This document shows, piece by piece, positions 55,907 to 64,000 of a DNA stretch of 64,000 nt (position 1 is its first letter; each line of letters begins with the position of its first letter). Under the pieces are notes generated by a model. That model made no database searches. It saw nothing but the letters and a program-made list of their open reading frames with translations, and had not been told where the DNA came from. Source of the stretch: the human T2T-CHM13v2.0 reference genome, Homo sapiens. The DNA lies in the NCBI RefSeq assembly GCF_009914755.1, contig NC_060928.1; one strand, written 5' to 3'. Both the position numbers and the translations under genes were made by a program.

Positions 55907-56640
55907 TTAAGTGTCATACTATGCTACTTCCTTAGCAGATTAGCAGAACCACTGCAAAAGAAGGACATATCAGAAGTAGATAGGAAGTGATAGTTAATGA
56001 CCTGATGAATAATGCTAGCCTCTGCCTTTAAGTCAGGTCAAGTGAAAAACTAATTGCAATATAATGTGACTTATTGTTATGATAGAGATACACATAAAAT
56101 GCAAAGTGAATTCATGGAGCTGCCAATCCAATCTGAATTTGGGAATGGAGGTATGTCAAGAGTGGCTTCTTAGTGAAGTCACCTGGATGTGAGATCTGAG
56201 AAACAAGTTATTCAGATGAGACTGTTAGGAGATGGTTATTCCAGGCATGCACAAGATTACTGGCAAAAAGTTCATGGTATGTTCAAGAACCGAGTAGAAT
56301 ACACTGTACAAGGGGAAAGGAGGTAAGAGAAAAGGCTGGAGAGATGAGCCAAGGTCAAGTTATTGTGGCTCTCACATATTAAACTGTACGTAATAGGCTA
56401 AAGGAGACACAGAGCATTTAAAGAAAGTTATGTGATTAAATTTGCATTTTTACAGGATCTCTACATACAGTGTGAAAAAAATAAGAGAAGAAATGGAAGC
56501 CTAGAGGCAAGATGACAGAAGAAACTGTAGTGTTAATCCAGATAAGACATTGAAGAGCTAAACCAGGATTTTGGTAAGACAGATGGAGAGATGTGAATGG
56601 ATCTGAATGCTACCAAGAAGGTCAAATTCAACGGTGCTTA

Positions 56641-59133
<2,493 letters not shown>

Positions 59134-60684
59134 TATTGGCGTGTAAGTAATAGGGGGAAAAGATTACTCCTTGCATGATGCCAAGATTTCTGGCCTGGGA
59201 AGCTGGGTATATGGTGATGTCATTAATCAATATAATAAACACAGGAGGAACAATCTCAGAGAGAGAGTGACAAGTTCCTCTTCTCACTTGCTGAGTTTGA
59301 GGTGCCTCAGTGGTATCCAAGAAGAAAGATAACCTGTGATCAGCTGAATAAATAGTTCTGAAATACAGAAAATGCATCTTGGCTAGAGATGCATAAATTT
59401 GGAACTATCACAAAGGGGACAAATGCCTAAGGATCATTCAAAGATGAAAATTAAAGGCTATCCAGTAAACCAAAAGATTATTTCTCCAGAGATTCTGTAT
59501 ATACAATAATTGTCTTATTATACACAGCATTACAGTTTACAAAGTACTTACATAAAATGATTCATTTGATTCACAAAAATCCCTCATGGGAAATAATGTG
59601 CTATAATTCTCACATTACAGTTAGGAAAATTGAGGTTCAATTTTGTTAAGAGACTCATGAGAGGTTGCCCATCTAAAGTTGTGGAGACAAGTCCAAATCA
59701 TAAGTTGAAGACTTCAGATGGAGTCTCTTTTCACTAAGTCAAATTTCTATTTCCAATATTTGGTACAAATTCCAAGCTAGAGAGAGTATGAATTTTGACC
59801 TGAGTAGTAGGGCTGAAACATGAAAATGAGCCTAGAATTTATCCACGACTAGCCAAATTTAGGGGTTTGGAGCCATTTAGATCAATATTGAAGATACCAG
59901 CTTAGACTTTTAACCTTGTCTGCCAACACCAAACACTAAAACGGTATCTGCAGCCAGGCTGTCTTACAGATTAATAGGTCAGGCTGGAATAGAGCCAAAA
60001 TTATCAACCTTCCAGGCTGTGTGACCTGAAAGCTTTCAGATCTTTTCCAACAAAGCCCATTAAAACGATCTTAAGCCCTTGAGGCTGAAAACAAACGTGA
60101 CATTCCGCTGCATTCAATAACTATTTGCTTCTGAGCATTTGTTTGCCATTATTTTCTGTGGCCCCTTTGTAGGATTTGTGTTGAGATTTCTCATATTGAC
60201 AGGCCAAAATAAATTCATCATAAATTCTTTTGATGTATGATTAATTCCTTTCTGAATAAAATTCAAAATAGGGTAATAAAGATAAGAATATAAACAATAG
60301 AGAAGTTGTATTCAATTAACTGTATTTTTTGTCCACATGAAATTGGAGGCACAGATTACTAAAGATTATACAAATTACTATCCTAGTTAGAAAAAAATAA
60401 ACCAGAAATATCCATTTGATTTCCTGGACTTTTTCATTCAAAAAAAAAAAACAAACAAAGATATAGCTAGAACAATGTTTTGAATGTATGAAGTCCCTGA
60501 ATTTATCTTGGTGGATTCCAAAGTATTAGTTAACTAACAAGTAATTTTGGTTAAACTTATATTGTAATTAATATCAAGATATGTCCTAATTAACGACCTT
60601 AAACAAGTAAGTATTGGAAAATTCTTCTAAAATTCCATTTTAGAAGTTTGTACTTCCCTGAATCTAATAACAACAAAAGATACT

Positions 60685-61256
60685 GGATCACTTAGTTTTT
60701 GCTGCATAACAATAACCCCTCAAGACATTAAAACAATAACCCCTCAAAACATTAAAACAATAACCATTTACTTATCTCCAAATTCTGTGGGTCACCTGTG
60801 TCATTCTTCTGATCTGGACCAGTTTGATTGCTCTCTCTTGGGTTCTTTTATGAGTTTGTGTTTAGCTATTTGGTCTGCTGATGACTCTATAGCCTAGGAC
60901 CTTTCACTTATATGTCTGGCAATTAGCAGTCTATCATCCTGAATATTGGAGCAACTGGTCCACATGTTGCTCATCCTCTAACAGAGCAGTCTAGACTTCT
61001 ACAGATAGTGGCCATAGAATTCCAAGAACATCAAGAAAGAACAGACTTCACTGCTCAACTGCTTTTCATGCCCCTGCTTGCACCATATTTGCTAATATCC
61101 CATTGACTAAAGAAAGCAACTGGCAAAGGTCAGACTCAAGGTGTGGAGTAATAGATGTCATTTTCTTGATAGGAAGAGTGCAAAGACATATTGGAAAAGG
61201 ATGCACCTATATGTATGGAAGGAATTTGTGTCTGTCTCTTTCTATAACCTACCACA
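60685..61256 (-). mobile_element. Old MaLR LTR (MLT1F/H-like)
   Basis: ttgctgcataacaataacccctcaa...ttaaaacaataaccattta...atttgctaatatcccattgactaaag...acctaccaca; contains a 24-bp tandem duplication near 60708-60755. Confidence 0.65.
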
Positions 61257-62347
61257 AAGGCAAAGGTATATACAATAGCTGTCTTGTTATACACAGCATT
61301 ATTTTTAAAATCCAACTACCAAAAAAAAAAAAGAAACAGAAAATGCTGCATAAAGACTCAGCAATTAAACCCAACTACCTACCACAATTCACATTGTTGA
61401 AAGTTAGTCATGAGAATTTGTATTAATACTCCAAACCTGGGTAGAAAAACATTAAATGTGTATCCTTCTCTTGTTTCTCTTCCTGAAATGTAATGAAATG
61501 TACAGAAAGTTAAAAAATAGTTTTGACTTTCTCCTACAGAATTAAGAATTCTACTACTGCTCCCAGAAGAGGAATCACCTGAAAGTTCCAAACATTTCAG
61601 AAAAGAGAACAGAGCCCAGGTGTTCTAAAAGAGACTAAACATTTCCTCCCTCTCTTCCTCTCCTCTTGTGCTTTCCCTCTTTCCCATAATAGCCTATAGT
61701 TTAGAGAATACAATAATGTTGGAATAGAGTCAAGAAGTCACCCATTCTATACAACAGCAAATTGAATATATAGACAAAGCCACCCAAGCATAATCAAAAT
61801 CCTAAGAAATAACAGAGAAACTTAAAGAAATACAGAGAGGGATTATATTAAAAGGCCATGGATGCAGATTATAAGAAATTATAACTGAAGAACAGAAGAA
61901 AAACTTTTACAATGTGATAATAACATAAATTCAAGATCATAAAAGCTTAAAATCAAATAATAAAGCATTAGAATACCATAGAAAGGAAATTCAAATGTAA
62001 AATATTGAGGGTAAAAACAAAATGTTTTTAGAATTAAAATATAAATTTCAAAGAGCAATGAATTCAATAGTCACCACTATAAAGCTAATTATTGTTACAG
62101 AGGGAAAGCTTGAGATAATCATGGAAGATGCACATGGAAAAAGAAGTAATGGCATTTGGGAAGCAATTAGTAAGAGAGAAAAGCAAAGATGATTCAGTTA
62201 AGGATTATTATTCACAAAGTTAAAAGTTCAATAAATGGAATAAAATTTGTATTCACTGATTTAATAAATAAAGTTTTGAAATAAAAAATTGAATTTTCTA
62301 TTGGAAAAATAAATGCAATGTGTTCCAGAAATTACAATACTGCTATT

Positions 62348-63940
62348 TGTGTGTATATATACACACATATACATATATACATACATATGTGTGTATATAT
62401 ACACATATATATACATACATATGTGTGTATATATACACATATATATACATACATATGTGTGTATATATACACATATATACATACATATGTGTGTATATAT
62501 ACACATATATATACATACATATGTGTGTATATATACACATATATACACATACATATGTGTGTATATATACACATATATACACATACATATGTGTGTATAT
62601 ATACACATATATACACATACATATGTGTGTATATATACACATATATACACATACATATGTGTGTATATATACACACATATACACATACATACATATGTGT
62701 GTATATATACACACATATACACATACATACATATGTGTGTATATATACACACATATACACATACATACATATGTGTGTATATATACACACATATACACAT
62801 ACATACATATGTGTGTATATATACACACATATACACATACATACATATGTGTGTATATATACACACATATACACATACATACATATGTGTGTATATATAC
62901 ACACATATACACATACATACATATGTGTGTATATATACACACATATACACATACATACATATGTGTGTATATATACACACATATACACATACATACATAT
63001 GTGTGTATATATACACACATATACACATACATACATATGTGTGTATATATACACACATATACACATACATACATATGTGTGTATATATACACACATATAC
63101 ACATACATACATATGTGTGTATATATACACACATATACACATACATACATATGTGTGTATATATACACACATATACACATACATACATATGTGTGTATAT
63201 ATACACACATATACACATACATACATATGTGTGTATATATACACACATATACACATACATACATATGTGTGTATATATACACATATATACACATACATGT
63301 GTGTATATATACACATATATACACATACATGTGTGTATATATACACATATATACACATACATGTGTGTATATATACACATATATACACATACATATGTGT
63401 GTATATATACACATATATACACATACATATGTGTGTATATATACACATATATACACATACATATGTGTGTATATATACACATATATACACATACATATGT
63501 GTGTATATATACACATATATACACATACATATGTGTGTATATATACACATATATACACATACACATATATATACACATATATACATATATATACACACAT
63601 ATATACATATATGTATATACATATATATGTATTTTTATATATACGTATATATACACATATATATACACACATATGCGTATATATACACGTTTGTATACAT
63701 GTGTATATACACATATATACACACGTATGTGTATACATATGCGTATATACACACGTATGTGTATACATATGCGTATATACACACGTATGTGTATACATAT
63801 GCGTATATACACACGTATGTGTATACATATGCGTATATACACACGTATGTGTGTGTATATATATGTGTATGTGTATATATGTGTATGTGTATGTGCATAT
63901 ATGTGTATGTATGTGTATCTATATGTGTATATATGTGTGT

Positions 63941-63986
<46 letters not shown>
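62348..63986. repeat. ~1.64-kb purine/pyrimidine-alternating (TA/CA/TG) compound minisatellite
   Basis: 30-34-bp flanking units; 16 identical 38-bp units at 62655-63262; four 30-bp units at 63721-63840; terminal (TA)n(TG)n. Confidence 0.97.
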
Positions 63987-64000
63987 TAAGGTTTTAGACT

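Noticed and set aside
62655-63262. Regular palindromic repeats that superficially resemble a CRISPR array
   Set aside because: There are no unique spacers and no cas genes, and the context is eukaryotic; it is a tandem minisatellite.
62261-63997. Long ORFs (453-559 aa) on both strands rich in Y/I/H/T/C/V/M
   Set aside because: Artefact of the repeat: TAA, TAG and TGA all need two adjacent purines, which an RY-alternating sequence lacks, so frames stay open.

Overview
AT-rich, repeat-dense primate (human-like) non-coding DNA, judged from its Alu, L1PA and HERV-H/LTR7 content. I found no host protein-coding exon, RNA gene or CpG-island promoter. The only real protein homologies are decayed retroelement or transposon genes: HERV-H gag/pro/pol, ERVL pro/RT, Tigger1 transposase and L1 ORF2. 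The main feature is a 5.3-kb minus-strand HERV-H provirus (45546-50818). It is flanked by a ~520-bp direct duplication of the host L1 target (45026-45545 and 50819-51339) rather than the usual short TSD, and its U3 end lacks the terminal 9 bp. This fits a one-ended, aberrant germline integration. Other unusual structures are a ~112-bp inverted duplication of unique DNA with a hairpin at its junction (7104-7217 / 8556-8666), a templated insertion inside an L1MA tail (~41940-42185), two twin-primed L1s, and a 1.6-kb purine/pyrimidine-alternating minisatellite built from palindromes. All repeat-family names are from remembered consensus sequences, and all mismatch counts are by eye. I see no evidence of a novel gene system; the unusual signals are traces of integration and repair events.
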